Notes: generated by a model from the sequence alone, not told the origin. A DNA stretch of 63,975 nucleotides, filler included, from 8 parts of 8 records of this genome joined end to end with filler, not necessarily neighbours in it; one strand, 5' to 3'. Positions 42,801-53,404 are shown, counted from the first letter of the whole stretch. Numbers and translations: made by a program.

Positions 42801-42847
42801 TTTTTGAGTTAGAGCTAAACTGCTTATAGATAGTTCGGCTGCTGCAA

Positions 42848-43786
42848 TTAAATTTCTAATAGATCTTTTGCAGTAATTGAATCTGTAATTAAAACATTGC
42901 TATATCCACCAACTAATGTAGCGTGAATTGATCTTGCAATATCTTTGTCAGATGATATACAGACAGAATAATCTTTTGATTTAAGTAAGTCAAGGCTATG
43001 ACCAATTACTCTGTCTTCATAGTTTTCATCAACGACTTTTCCTTCATCATCAATAAAATGACCATATACTTCAGCTACAGCGCCTTTTGATTTAATAGTT
43101 TGTATTTCTTGTGAAGAAAAATACTCACATTGAGCCAACATGGATTTTTCATGCACTAGATTTGCTGAGAAAAGAGCGATATTTGTTTCTTCAAGCAATT
43201 CGAGAATATACTTGATATTAGGTGAACGATGCAAAGAATCTCTGACTTCAATATTTTCAACAACAGCTGGTGCAGGAAAATAATAATAAGTAGCATCTGT
43301 TTTTAGACTTGATTCACGTACAGTATCATATAAATATCCTTTTACATGCTCACTCATTGCACCACAAAGTTGTAAAAAGGTTAGATTTTCGTAATGGATT
43401 GTAGGCAAAAATCTTGGTATTTTAGAAGTTATTTCACTAAATGCAAGAGCTACACTATCATTCATTTGCATAATATTTACCAAAAATTCGGCTGCCGCTT
43501 TTGCAACATCAATTTTAATTATTCTATAATCTTCAACTTTTACATCAACAATCTTTGCAGATTTTAAATTATATTTTTTGCATATATCTTTAGACAAATT
43601 TTCAGCTTTTGAAAAAGGATCATTTACAAAAGTTTGTACATACCCATTTTCTTTTGCATAATTAATCAGTCTCGAAACTTGAGGTATGGATATATTTACA
43701 ATTTTAGATATTTCATCCTGTGTTAGATTATCCTCGAAGTAAAATTTCGAAACCAAAATAACTTTTTTTAAATCTGGCTTTTTCAT
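42848..43786 (-). CDS. SorC/DeoR-type sugar-binding transcriptional regulator
   Basis: YFEDNLTQDEI..VSRLI..GYV HTH; PAPAVV, GAVAEVYGHF, LITD sugar-binding domain. Confidence 0.9.
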   Translation of the reverse strand: MKKPDLKKVILVSKFYFEDNLTQDEISKIVNISIPQVSRLINYAKENGYVQTFVNDPFSKAENLSKDICKKYNLKSAKIVDVKVEDYRIIKIDVAKAAAEFLVNIMQMNDSVALAFSEITSKIPRFLPTIHYENLTFLQLCGAMSEHVKGYLYDTVRESSLKTDATYYYFPAPAVVENIEVRDSLHRSPNIKYILELLEETNIALFSANLVHEKSMLAQCEYFSSQEIQTIKSKGAVAEVYGHFIDDEGKVVDENYEDRVIGHSLDLLKSKDYSVCISSDKDIARSIHATLVGGYSNVLITDSITAKDLLEI

Positions 43787-43866
43787 CTTATACCTTTCTT
43801 ATGCTGTTAAAATCATTTAATTATTTAATTATAGTATCAATAGTATACAAATGCAATAGAAAAAAA

Positions 43867-43884
43867 TTTCATAAAAATATGAAA
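43867..43884. promoter_or_regulatory. Putative operator palindrome
   Basis: TTTCATA-AAAA-TATGAAA just upstream of the -35 box. Confidence 0.45.
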
Positions 43885-43900
43885 AAATTTTCAAAAACCA

Positions 43901-43929
43901 TTGACAGCTATAAATTGTTTGTTTATAAT
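43901..43929 (+). promoter_or_regulatory. Consensus sigmaA promoter
   Basis: TTGACA-17 bp-TATAAT perfect consensus 33 bp before the ATG at 43963. Confidence 0.85.
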
Positions 43930-43962
43930 TTATTCATAATTAAAAATTCGAAGGAAATTATT

Positions 43963-45027
43963 ATGGCATATACAAATCGCGAAAGAGTTCTGGATGCGTT
44001 GGCAAAAAAAGAAACTGATAGAGTTCCGTTCGACTTTTGGGCAACGCCAGAAATCCTTGAAAAGTTAAAATTATATTTTAATACAGATTGTGTGACAGAT
44101 TTTCTGGATGAGCTTGATATTGATATAAGACAGTTTAATCCTGATTATATTGGTCCAGAATTTGAAGTTTTGGAAGATGGAAGCTATATAGATGCTATGG
44201 GGATTAATAGGAAAAGTCAGGTAAATGAATTTTGCGTGTATGAAGAGTATGCGAGTTTTCCATTGGGATATGCTGAATCAGTTAAAGATTTAGAAAAATA
44301 TGAAAATTGGCCAGATATAGATAAATATGATTTTAGTACTCTTAGTGACAAAATTGGAGATATGTATAAGACCCATTATATTAAAATCGAAACAGGAGGG
44401 TTGTTTGAACTTGCATGGGCGTTGAGAGGATATGAGCAGTTTATTATAGATATGATGCTTCAACCAGAGCTTTGTGATTTTATAATGACGAAACTTACTG
44501 ATTATTATTGTGAGTATGTAAAAAGAGCTATGGAAAACGCAGGAAGCAAAATAGATATGGTTTATACATATGATGATATTGCAGCTCAGACTACTCCAAT
44601 GATGTCTATGGATACTTGGGAAAGGATAATCAAACCACACCATGTTAGGTTGAATAAAGTTATAAAATCTTATAGAAAGACAATCATGTATCATTCATGT
44701 GGAGCTGTGTATGATTTTATACCAAGGCTTATTGAATTGCCGATTGATGTTTTAAATCCAATTCAAGTTACAGCAAAAGGTATGGATATTCGTAAAATTA
44801 AAGATAATTTTGGAGATAAGATATCATTCCATGGCGGAGTTGATATTCAGTACTTGCTTCCGAGCGGGTCTGTTGATGATGTAAAAGCGGCAGTGGAAGA
44901 GCTTATAAGTGTATTAGGTGAAAATGGTGGATATATTTTGACAAGTGCACATTATATTCAAGGGGATACCCCATTAGAAAACATTATTGCAATGTATGAG
45001 GCAGCAAAAAATTATAGAAGACAATAA
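43963..45027 (+). CDS. Uroporphyrinogen decarboxylase / MtaA-CmuA family protein (probable corrinoid methyltransferase)
   Basis: RERV..DRVP, LRGYE, YDDIA, YHSCG, LNPIQ, FHGGVD, GGYIL..AH; retains the HxCG Zn-type motif. Confidence 0.85.
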   Translation: MAYTNRERVLDALAKKETDRVPFDFWATPEILEKLKLYFNTDCVTDFLDELDIDIRQFNPDYIGPEFEVLEDGSYIDAMGINRKSQVNEFCVYEEYASFPLGYAESVKDLEKYENWPDIDKYDFSTLSDKIGDMYKTHYIKIETGGLFELAWALRGYEQFIIDMMLQPELCDFIMTKLTDYYCEYVKRAMENAGSKIDMVYTYDDIAAQTTPMMSMDTWERIIKPHHVRLNKVIKSYRKTIMYHSCGAVYDFIPRLIELPIDVLNPIQVTAKGMDIRKIKDNFGDKISFHGGVDIQYLLPSGSVDDVKAAVEELISVLGENGGYILTSAHYIQGDTPLENIIAMYEAAKNYRRQ

Positions 45028-45044
45028 AAAGGAGTGGAATAACA

Positions 45045-45808
45045 ATGAGTTTTAATAGTATTGAACATCATATTGATATGAAAAAAGGCGACGTTGGTAA
45101 ATATGTAATCTTACCAGGAGATCCAAAGAGGTGTAAAATTATTGCTGAATATTTTGATGATGCAAAGCTTGTTGCAGACAAAAGAGAATATGTGACTTAC
45201 ACAGGTTATATGGATGGCGTTAAAGTTAGTGTTACATCAACAGGTATCGGGGGACCTTCTGCTGCAATTGCAATGGAAGAATTAGTGCATATTGGAGCTG
45301 ATACTTTTATAAGAGTTGGAACATCTGGCGGAATGGCAGAACATGTTTTAGGCGGAGATGTTGTTATAGCAAATGGAGCAATTAGAAAAGATGGAACAGG
45401 TAAAGAATATTTGCCAGTTGAATATCCTGCTGTTGCGAACTATGAGATTGTGAATGCGCTTGTTGATGCATCAAAGGATTTAAATCAAAAGTACCATGTT
45501 GGAGTATGCGAATGTAAGGATTCATTTTATGGACAACATGAGCCAGAAAAAAAACCTGTATCATATGAGCTTTTAAACAAATGGGATGCATGGGTTAAAG
45601 GAGGAGCATTGACATCTGAGATGGAATCTTCAACTTTATTTATTGTAGGTGCGTGTTTAAGAGTTAGAGTAGGATCAGTTTTATTAGTTTGTTGTAATCA
45701 AGAAAGAGAAAAAAAGGAATAGAAAGTCCTCAATGTAATGATGTACATATTCCAATTAAAGTTGCAATAGAGGCGCTTAGAAAGCTAATTGCACAAGATA
45801 GAAAATAA
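45045..45808 (+). CDS. udp: Uridine phosphorylase, frameshift near 45712
   Basis: [38 protein letters not shown]-terminal [12 protein letters not shown] in the shifted frame. Confidence 0.88.
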
Positions 45809-45833
45809 AATTTAGGAGTAATAATAGCGTTGC

Positions 45834-46793
45834 ATGAGTGATTTTAAAAGAAAAGTTATTATAGATACTGATTGTGGTTCTGATGATGCTATGGCAATTG
45901 CAATGGCATTAAATGATAAAAGTGTAGAGATTATGTTTTTTGTTGCAGTTCATGGGAACGTACCTATGGAGCAAGCGGCGATAAATACTTTGACTACAAT
46001 AGAATATTCAAATTCTTATGAGCCACCTGTATATCGTGGATGTGAAACTCCATTGATTAGAAAAAGTGAGTTTGCATATGAAACTCATGGCGTTGATGGC
46101 ATGGGGGGTATTGGGCTTAAGCCAGAAAAACTTAAAATTGCTGATGGGTACGGTATTTTAAAAATGTTGGAAGCTTTAGAAGAATCAGAGGACGGTGAAA
46201 TAGAGATTATAACTTTGGGAACATTGACGAATATAGCAATTGCTATAAAAATGGCTCCTGAAACTATGAAGAAAGCAAAAAGGATCTCGATGATGGGGAC
46301 ATCAGGTCTTGGCGTTGGAAATGTAACACCAGTTGCTGAATTCAATATTTGGCAAGATGCAGAGGCGGCAAAGATTGTTTTTGATAGTGGTTTGCCAATT
46401 TTGGCAGTTGGCTGGGATGCGTGTCTTGGTGAAGCAATGCTATGGCAAAAGGATATAGATAAAATAAAAAACGGATCGAAACTTGGAAAGTTTACAATAG
46501 ATTGTAACAAACAACTAGCTGAGCTAAACCGTGAAAGATTTGGCGAAAACGTATTGGATATGGCTGATCCAGCTGCAATGGCAGCAATTTTATATCCAGA
46601 ATGTATTAAAGAAAACGGTGAATATTATTGTGAAATTGATATTAACAATGGAATCGGTTATGGAAATGCTATGATTTACGATTGTGAATATTTTGCCGAT
46701 AAAAAACCAAATTCAGAAATATGTAGTGCGCTTGATGGTGGTAAATTTAAAGACTATTTATTTAAGACACTATGTGAATCACAAGAAAGTTAA
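45834..46793 (+). CDS. Nucleoside hydrolase (IU-NH family)
   Basis: IIDTDCGSDDA, HGNV, HGVDGMG, GNVTPVAEFNIWQD, DPAA. Confidence 0.92.
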   Translation: MSDFKRKVIIDTDCGSDDAMAIAMALNDKSVEIMFFVAVHGNVPMEQAAINTLTTIEYSNSYEPPVYRGCETPLIRKSEFAYETHGVDGMGGIGLKPEKLKIADGYGILKMLEALEESEDGEIEIITLGTLTNIAIAIKMAPETMKKAKRISMMGTSGLGVGNVTPVAEFNIWQDAEAAKIVFDSGLPILAVGWDACLGEAMLWQKDIDKIKNGSKLGKFTIDCNKQLAELNRERFGENVLDMADPAAMAAILYPECIKENGEYYCEIDINNGIGYGNAMIYDCEYFADKKPNSEICSALDGGKFKDYLFKTLCESQES

Positions 46794-46797
46794 TTAG

Positions 46798-47958
46798 GTG
46801 CATATCTTGAATTTGAGTAAATATTTTAATAAATTTTTATGTGTTTTGATGTTTTTTATGGGCATGTTTTTTGTGGGGAACCAGCTATTAGTTCACTATG
46901 TAAACGAATCCATAGGTGGATCTGATATATATCAAGGATATCAACTTACAGCTATGTATGTAGGTTCACTTTTATCGGTTTTGATAATGGGCGAAATATC
47001 TGAGAGGATAGGTAAAAGAGTTGGAATTGTAATAGCTTCTTTATGTTATAGCGCTGGCGCAGCATTTGTTGCTTTTTCAGATAATATAGTTTTTGCAGCA
47101 GTGGCGTTTTTCGTATTTGGTGCAGGAACAGGTTCAATAGAAGGAGTGTTATTTTCACTAATAGGTGACTATAACAAAGAAAAAACCAATAAATATATGA
47201 ATCTTGGTCAAGTGTTCTTTAGTATCGGAGCTGTTATTAGTCCTTTAATAATAGATTATGTTATTGGGTATATAGGTTATAAACCAATATATCAAATAAT
47301 GTGGGGATCAATGTTTTTGCTTGCTATATTCTTCTACTATGCAAAAAGTATAGATACTTTTGTAGTAAAAGAACAAAAGAGTGCTAAGGGAATGGCTATT
47401 TTCAAGGTGTTGAAAAACCCTGCGATGATAATATTGATGTTTACATTGATGATTACAATTGGATGTGAAACAGCTTTCACTTATTGGTTAGCAAATTTCT
47501 TTGAGGACTTAGGTGCTTTTGAGCTTTCGGCTATGGCACTGTCTGCATATTGGATAGCTAGTATACCGGGGAGATATGCTAGCAGTCTTGCAAAGAAGCA
47601 TGAAAGATATTTAATGTTTTCGTATTTGCTTAGTGCTGCAGGTGTAGTGTTAATATTGGTCTTACCTACGCCAGTATTAAAGATTTTTGGAATTGTAGTG
47701 CTTGGATGGGGATTGGCTCCAGCTTACCCAACTCTTAGTACAATGGGAGCAAGCTTAGCGCAAAATAGAAGCGCAGCTGCATTTTCTTTGATGGTTTTTT
47801 CATCTGGACTTGGAGGAGCGTTAGCCCAACCAATTATTGCAACAATTGTAAGTAAGGCTTCTATTACAAACGTATATACTGGCATAAGTATTATTATGAT
47901 AATAGCACTTTTACTAGTTAAGTTAAGCGTAAAGATTAACAAAAATAATGATAATTAA
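46798..47958 (+). CDS. MFS transporter
   Basis: About 12 TM segments, GEISERIGKR motif A. Confidence 0.85.
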   Translation: MHILNLSKYFNKFLCVLMFFMGMFFVGNQLLVHYVNESIGGSDIYQGYQLTAMYVGSLLSVLIMGEISERIGKRVGIVIASLCYSAGAAFVAFSDNIVFAAVAFFVFGAGTGSIEGVLFSLIGDYNKEKTNKYMNLGQVFFSIGAVISPLIIDYVIGYIGYKPIYQIMWGSMFLLAIFFYYAKSIDTFVVKEQKSAKGMAIFKVLKNPAMIILMFTLMITIGCETAFTYWLANFFEDLGAFELSAMALSAYWIASIPGRYASSLAKKHERYLMFSYLLSAAGVVLILVLPTPVLKIFGIVVLGWGLAPAYPTLSTMGASLAQNRSAAAFSLMVFSSGLGGALAQPIIATIVSKASITNVYTGISIIMIIALLLVKLSVKINKNNDN

Positions 47959-48011
47959 GCTTAAACAGGTAGGTCAACTTGTTTATGAAAATAAATACTT
48001 AGGAGATTATT

Positions 48012-48677
48012 ATGTCTAGAGAATCGAAATTTTCAATTAAAAAAGATTTTTCAATGTTAGCTTTGTTGCTAATACCAATCGCTGTTGCGATCAACTTTGT
48101 TGGAGGACAACTTGCAGTTGCACTTAAACTACCATTTTATCTTGACACCATTGGAACAATTTTAGTTGCTATGCTATGTGGACCATGGGTTGGTGGTTTA
48201 GCTGGTTTGATTACAAATCTTGTTCTTGGAATTACAAATCCAGTTTTCTTACCTTTTGCTATTGTTAATGTAGTTGTTGGTATTGTAACTGGTTTCTGTG
48301 CAAGATGGGACGGATTTTCAAAGTGGTGGAAATTTGCTTTATCAATGCTATTTATGGCACTGGCATCATTAATTACAGCTGCACCTATTGTTGTACTATT
48401 ATATGGTGGAATCACAGCATCTGGAACTTCTCTAATAACAGCAACATTGATGGCTACAGGAACGAATATCTGGTCAGCAGTTTTATCAACAGAACTTGTA
48501 TTTACAGTATTAGATAGAATTATATCTGTAGCAATAACATATGCAATTATAAAAGTCATACCTGCTAAAACACTTATTAAGTTCTCACTTGGTAATTTTT
48601 ATATTGGAAAAAATAAGAAAAGTAAAGCCGAAGCCTTTGTAGATGAAGCAGGTGAAGCAGATGAAGCAGATGAATAG
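48012..48677 (+). CDS. ECF transporter S component
   Basis: IPIAVAINFVG, LPFYLDTIGT, GPWVGGL. Confidence 0.85.
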   Translation: MSRESKFSIKKDFSMLALLLIPIAVAINFVGGQLAVALKLPFYLDTIGTILVAMLCGPWVGGLAGLITNLVLGITNPVFLPFAIVNVVVGIVTGFCARWDGFSKWWKFALSMLFMALASLITAAPIVVLLYGGITASGTSLITATLMATGTNIWSAVLSTELVFTVLDRIISVAITYAIIKVIPAKTLIKFSLGNFYIGKNKKSKAEAFVDEAGEADEADE

Positions 48678-48700
48678 TTAATATAAATAAGTCTGTATAT

Positions 48701-48735
48701 ATAAATCACTTCATTAAAGCAATGGAGTGATTTAT
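48701..48735 (+). terminator. Intra-operon stem-loop
   Basis: ATAAATCACTTCATT-AAAGC-AATGGAGTGATTTAT. Confidence 0.55.
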
Positions 48736-48754
48736 TATAAGAAAGGGAATTTTT

Positions 48755-49567
48755 ATGTGGCAAGAGAAGCTCAAAATCAAAAAAGAAAGTTCTTTAGCGT
48801 CACTTTATCCATTTTCTAAATTGATAATAGTTGCGTTATATATTGTTTCTTTATCATTTTTATCAAGCGCAAAAGTAAATGGCTATCCTATATATGGGAT
48901 ATGGTCTTTGTTAGCGGTTTTGATTATGGTATTGCTTACAGGAAAGATAACGACTAAAGCTTTTTTTAAGACTTTTAAGGCGATTTTTTTCTTGGTAGTG
49001 TTTATTGTAATTGTGCAGATAATTGCTGTAAGGAGTGAAGAAATATTATATAGCATAAATGTTTTTAATTTATTTACTATAAATTGTTATAAAGCAGGGG
49101 CTATTTCAGGACTTGGACTTGGAACAAGTATTACTGGCTTTGCTGGGGCGCTTGCTTGGTTTTTTGCTTGCACAGAAAATAAAGAGCTTATAAGTGCTTG
49201 TGAGCAGGCAGGAATGTCACCAAAATCATCATATGTATTACTATCAACTCTTCAAATGATCACAGTTTTGCAAAAGAGCTCAAAGGCTATAATGAGTGCA
49301 CAACAAGCAAGAGGGGTTGAAACTGAAGGCAATGTTTTTGTTAGAACAAAGGCATTTGTTCCTTCACTAATACCGTTAATAATTAGCTCTATTTCTAATA
49401 CAGAGGAAAGAGTTTTAACGTTAGAATCTAAAGGTTTTTCTGTTGTTGGGGAGAGAACAAGACTTTATAAAGTTGAGAAAAATGGAAAAGAAAAATTAGC
49501 AGTTATTATTGCTTCAATTATCACAATTCTTGTTATTTTGTGGAGGTTATTTTTATGGAACCAGTAA
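48755..49567 (+). CDS. ECF transporter T component
   Basis: AQQARG and LESKGF coupling motifs. Confidence 0.88.
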   Translation: MWQEKLKIKKESSLASLYPFSKLIIVALYIVSLSFLSSAKVNGYPIYGIWSLLAVLIMVLLTGKITTKAFFKTFKAIFFLVVFIVIVQIIAVRSEEILYSINVFNLFTINCYKAGAISGLGLGTSITGFAGALAWFFACTENKELISACEQAGMSPKSSYVLLSTLQMITVLQKSSKAIMSAQQARGVETEGNVFVRTKAFVPSLIPLIISSISNTEERVLTLESKGFSVVGERTRLYKVEKNGKEKLAVIIASIITILVILWRLFLWNQ

Positions 49568-50415
49568 TCAAGTTAAATAATGTAAGTTACAGTTACCCGC
49601 TTACTGAAGAAGCTACACTTAAAAATATCAACCTTGATATTGAAAAAGGCAAGTTTTATGGAATAATTGGAGAAAATGGTAGTGGTAAAACAACTCTTTG
49701 TAATGTAATAAGAGGATTTGCACCTGATTTTTATTTAGGGGAGATTAGAGGAGAGGTGCTTTTGTATGGAAAGAATATTTCAGAGTATTCTGCTGGAGAT
49801 ATTTCTTTAAAAATAGGATATGTTTTTCAAAACCCGTTCAACCAAATATCGGGAGTTAAAGAAACAGTATTTGAAGAAGTGGCATATGGGTTAGAAAACT
49901 ATGGTGTCCCAGTTGAAGAAATCGAAAAGCGTGTTGTAGATATTATGGAACTTACTGATATAACTCATTTGGCAGAAAAAAATCCTTTTGAGCTTTCTGG
50001 AGGACAGCAACAACGTGTTGCACTTGCTTCTATAATAGTTTTGGAACCAGATATACTGGTTATTGATGAGCCTACATCACAACTTGATCCAGAGGGAACA
50101 GAGAGCGTTTTTAAAATAATTACAGCTATGAAAGAAGCGAAGAAGACTATAATATTAGTTGAACATAAAATTGATTTAATAGCTGAGTATGCAGATGAAA
50201 TAATCGTGCTAAAAAATGGAGAAGTTATAAAACTTGGCGAAAAACAAGCTGTTTTATCTGATATATCTTTATACGAAAGAGGAATTCAGCTTCCACAAGT
50301 AACTTTATTAGCACATGAGCTTGTGAAAAATGGTGTTGAGTTAGATGAAATTCCGATTACTATTAATCAAGCTAATGAAACTATAGGCAAAAAGTTTAAT
50401 AAAGGGGTGAAATAA
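49555..50415 (+). CDS. ECF ATPase (EcfA)
   Basis: GENGSGKTT, FQNP, LSGGQQQR, DEPTSQLDP. Confidence 0.92.
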   Translation: MEPVIKLNNVSYSYPLTEEATLKNINLDIEKGKFYGIIGENGSGKTTLCNVIRGFAPDFYLGEIRGEVLLYGKNISEYSAGDISLKIGYVFQNPFNQISGVKETVFEEVAYGLENYGVPVEEIEKRVVDIMELTDITHLAEKNPFELSGGQQQRVALASIIVLEPDILVIDEPTSQLDPEGTESVFKIITAMKEAKKTIILVEHKIDLIAEYADEIIVLKNGEVIKLGEKQAVLSDISLYERGIQLPQVTLLAHELVKNGVELDEIPITINQANETIGKKFNKGVK

Positions 50416-51218
50416 TGGCATATTTATCTGTGAAAAATGTTAGTTTTAAATATCCTAATGGCTTTTTGGCTGTTGATGATTTGAGCTTAGAAATCGAAAA
50501 AGGCGAAAATATTGCAATAGTTGGACAAAATGGTGCTGGAAAAACAACAACTGTAAAAATGTTAAATGCATTGGAAAAGCCAACAACTGGTGATGTTATA
50601 ATTGGTGATATTAACACAAAAGATTATACTACTGCGCAGGTTTCAAGAAAAGTTGGATATGTCTTTCAAAATCCTGATGATCAAATTTTCCACTCAACTG
50701 TTTATGATGAGGTAGCATTTGGACTTGAAAAGATGAAATTGCCTGAAGACAAAATCAAGGAAAGATTAAAATATGCTTTAAAGCTTACTGGTATTTTAAA
50801 ACACAGCGGTGAAAATCCATATAACTTACCTTTTTCGCAAAGAAAGTTTGTAACTATAGCGTCAATTATAGCTATGGATGTTGATGTTATGATTTTTGAT
50901 GAACCTACTGCGGGACAAGATCTTATTGGATTAAAAAGGTTGAGTAATATTTTAAAAGAGCTTAATAGATTAGGTAAAACAGTAATCACGATCACTCATG
51001 ATATGCAATTTGTAGTAGAGAACTTTGATAAAGTTATTGTTATGGCGAATAAAAAACTTATTAAAGTTGGAACAACAAAAGAAATATTCTGGGATTTTGA
51101 TTCATTAAAAGTTGCAAAGCTCAAACAACCTTATATTAGCGGGCTTGCTAAAAAAATTGGGCTAGATGGAAATATTATTAGCAAAGAAGAATTTATTGAA
51201 AAGATGAAGGGTCTTTAA
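50415..51218 (+). CDS. ECF ATPase (EcfA')
   Basis: GQNGAGKTT, FQNPDDQ, DEPTAGQD, ITHDM. Confidence 0.92.
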   Translation: MAYLSVKNVSFKYPNGFLAVDDLSLEIEKGENIAIVGQNGAGKTTTVKMLNALEKPTTGDVIIGDINTKDYTTAQVSRKVGYVFQNPDDQIFHSTVYDEVAFGLEKMKLPEDKIKERLKYALKLTGILKHSGENPYNLPFSQRKFVTIASIIAMDVDVMIFDEPTAGQDLIGLKRLSNILKELNRLGKTVITITHDMQFVVENFDKVIVMANKKLIKVGTTKEIFWDFDSLKVAKLKQPYISGLAKKIGLDGNIISKEEFIEKMKGL

Positions 51219-51239
51219 AATTATATTATAACGTTTAAT

Positions 51240-51282
51240 AAGGATGCACCATTATCCTATGAGATCATTAGGTGCATTCTTA
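51240..51282 (+). terminator. Stem-loop after ECF operon
   Basis: AAGGATGCACC..GGTGCATTCTT inverted repeat. Confidence 0.5.
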
Positions 51283-51327
51283 GATTAAACCATATTGCGA
51301 TTAAAGGTGGTGAAAATAGTAGAATAA

Positions 51328-51810
51328 AAGCGTATGATTGAAACTAAAGAAGCGATACTTTCATGTATACCAGAAGCGTGATAAAATTGGTATGATAGCG
51401 TTTAGAAAGGATTTAGCGTAAATACTGCTTCCAATAACAAGGTCAGTTGATTTTGCACAAAAGATGTTGCATGAGCTTCCTACTGTAGGAAGAACACTGT
51501 TTTCTGAAGGCTTTTTGACAGCATTGCAGATGATTCATACGCAAAGAATTAAGGACAAAGTTATGATTCCTCTTTTGGTTTTAGTAACTGATGGAAAAGC
51601 AAGCAGTAAAGGTGGCAATGTAGTGCATGACGCATTACGGTCTGCAAAATTAACTGCTAGTTCGGATACCTCTGCTGTAGTTATTGATACCGAAGCAGGA
51701 ATGTTTCCATTAGGACTTGCAAAAGAAATCTCCATCAATATGAATGCCGCTTATATGAAGGCAGAATAATTAAGAGCAAGTGATTTGAAAGATGCTGCGA
51801 AAGTAAATTA
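51328..51810 (+). pseudogene. Decayed VWA fragment of a ChlD/BchD-like chelatase subunit
   Basis: KRMIETKEAILS / YQKRDKIGMIAFR..LA*ILLPITRS..LPT.GRT..VTDGKA..VIDTE; a frameshift plus two in-frame TAA stops, N-terminus absent. Confidence 0.75.
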
Positions 51811-51962
51811 AAAAAGGTATAATAAATTGTTATGTGGGTTTAAAAGCATTTTCACTTAATTTTTTGTTCAGAATACCGTATACTTTTAAACCGTCATTTT
51901 TGTTAGTTGATAATACATTTAAGATTTAGTATGAAACTTGAAAAACAGATAAATAGAATTAT

Positions 51963-52040
51963 GCGAGCATGCTGGAATTGGCAGAGGGCCTGCCCCAACG
52001 AAGTGAGGATACAGGCACGGTTGTGGTGAGGTAGCCACTG
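51963..52040 (+). tRNA. 5' part of a tRNA-Leu-like gene with two insertions, truncated at contig end
   Basis: GCGAGCATGCTGGAATTGGCAG + ACAGGCACGGTT match the acceptor/D-arm/anticodon-stem 5' strand of Firmicutes-type tRNA-Leu once a 26-nt insert is removed. Confidence 0.5.
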
Positions 52041-52140
52041 NNNNNNNNNNNNNNNNNNNNNNNNNNNNNNNNNNNNNNNNNNNNTTAATTAATTAANNNN
52101 NNNNNNNNNNNNNNNNNNNNNNNNNNNNNNNNNNNNNNNN
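52041..52140. other. Artificial contig spacer
   Basis: N44-TTAATTAATTAA-N44. Confidence 0.99.
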
Positions 52141-52752
52141 GGAATGCCCAGGGTGTCGAAGGGGCGAGCAGGTTCCTGAACAGGGTGTATCGATTCGTTC
52201 TCGATTTTAATTCCGCGCCGCAGAATCAAAGCGATGGGAGCGATGATATCGCATCCTCCGACAACTCCGCTTTACAACGGAAACTGCACCAGACCATCAA
52301 AAAGGTTACCTACGACATAGAGAACAACTTTCATTTCAATACAGCAATCAGTGCCGTGATGGAGTTGTTCAACACCCTCAGTGCCCACACTTCGGAGAAC
52401 AGTAAATACGGTGACGTTCTGGTCAATCAGGCCGTACAGACCATACTGATCCTGCTCTACCCGATGGTTCCCCACTTCTGCTCCGAGCTGTGGCAGGAGA
52501 TGGGGTTTGAAAAATCCCCGGAAGAACAGCGGTGGCCGGAATACGACGAGGCAAAGGCGAAGGAAGAACGGTTGACCATCGTCGTCCAGGTTAACGGGAA
52601 AGTCCGGTCACGCCTCGAGGTGGATGCGGACACTGACGATCAGGTGCTGCAGGAAATGGCGCTGGCCGATGAAAAGATCTGCAGATTCCTCGAAAAAAGC
52701 AGTGAAAAAGGTTATCGTAATCAAGAAGAAACTTGTCAATATCGTGGTTTGA
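52141..52752 (+). CDS. leuS: Leucyl-tRNA synthetase C-terminus (5' truncated, frameshift near 52695)
   Basis: FHFNTAISAVMEL, PMVPHFCSELW, VVQVNGKVR; KVIVIKKKLVNIVV* in the shifted frame. Confidence 0.92.
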
Positions 52753-52816
52753 TACTACCTTAGCACTGTTGCTGTGTCATGTGTCGTAAATCTCTCAATA
52801 GACAAGGAGCTACGGT

Positions 52817-53344
52817 TTGAAACTTGTTACTCGCTGGATTCTCGTAGGTGCAGCCATCGCCGTATTCGTTATCGGGTGCGGATATCGAAACCCGTATTAC
52901 TATTCGGGCCCTGATCAATCGATTTACGTGACCACCTGGAAGAACCGAACCAGCAACCTGCAACTGGATGCTCAGATCTACCAGGAGCTCGTGAAATGGT
53001 TCCAGAAATCGGGCTCCCTTAAAATCACCAAGCAGAAAGAGGGGGCTGACTATATCCTCGCAGGCGAGATTGTCTCTATCGACATCCCCAGTCTTGCCTT
53101 CGATTCAAGCAACGATGCCTCCGACGTAAGACTCAAAATGAGGGTGCGCTATATACTCAAGGACCTGGGAAGTGACCGCATTATGTTCCAGAGATCGGAC
53201 TCAACCAGAAGTGAATCGTATACGGTGACCGGTGATTCGAATGAAACCCGGGACAATTACGATGAGGCGCTTGAGACCATCGTTGAAGAACTTGCCCAGG
53301 ATATCTACCAGAGAACCCTGGTCGAATTTTCCAAAAATATCTAG
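52817..53344 (+). CDS. lptE: LPS assembly lipoprotein LptE family
   Basis: Lipobox IGCGY; position directly after leuS. Confidence 0.75.
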   Translation: MKLVTRWILVGAAIAVFVIGCGYRNPYYYSGPDQSIYVTTWKNRTSNLQLDAQIYQELVKWFQKSGSLKITKQKEGADYILAGEIVSIDIPSLAFDSSNDASDVRLKMRVRYILKDLGSDRIMFQRSDSTRSESYTVTGDSNETRDNYDEALETIVEELAQDIYQRTLVEFSKNI

Positions 53345-53360
53345 CACGAGTGCCAGTACG

Positions 53361-53404
53361 AAGCCGGCTCCCCGTCACCTGCCGGGGGTGCCGGCTTTTT
53401 CTTT
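53361..53404 (+). terminator. Rho-independent terminator
   Basis: AAGCCGGC.CCCC..GGGG.GCCGGCTTTTT. Confidence 0.75.

Noticed and set aside
43963-45027. Annotation as hemE in heme synthesis
   Set aside because: Lacks the RQAGR motif of true UroD and has no tetrapyrrole gene context.
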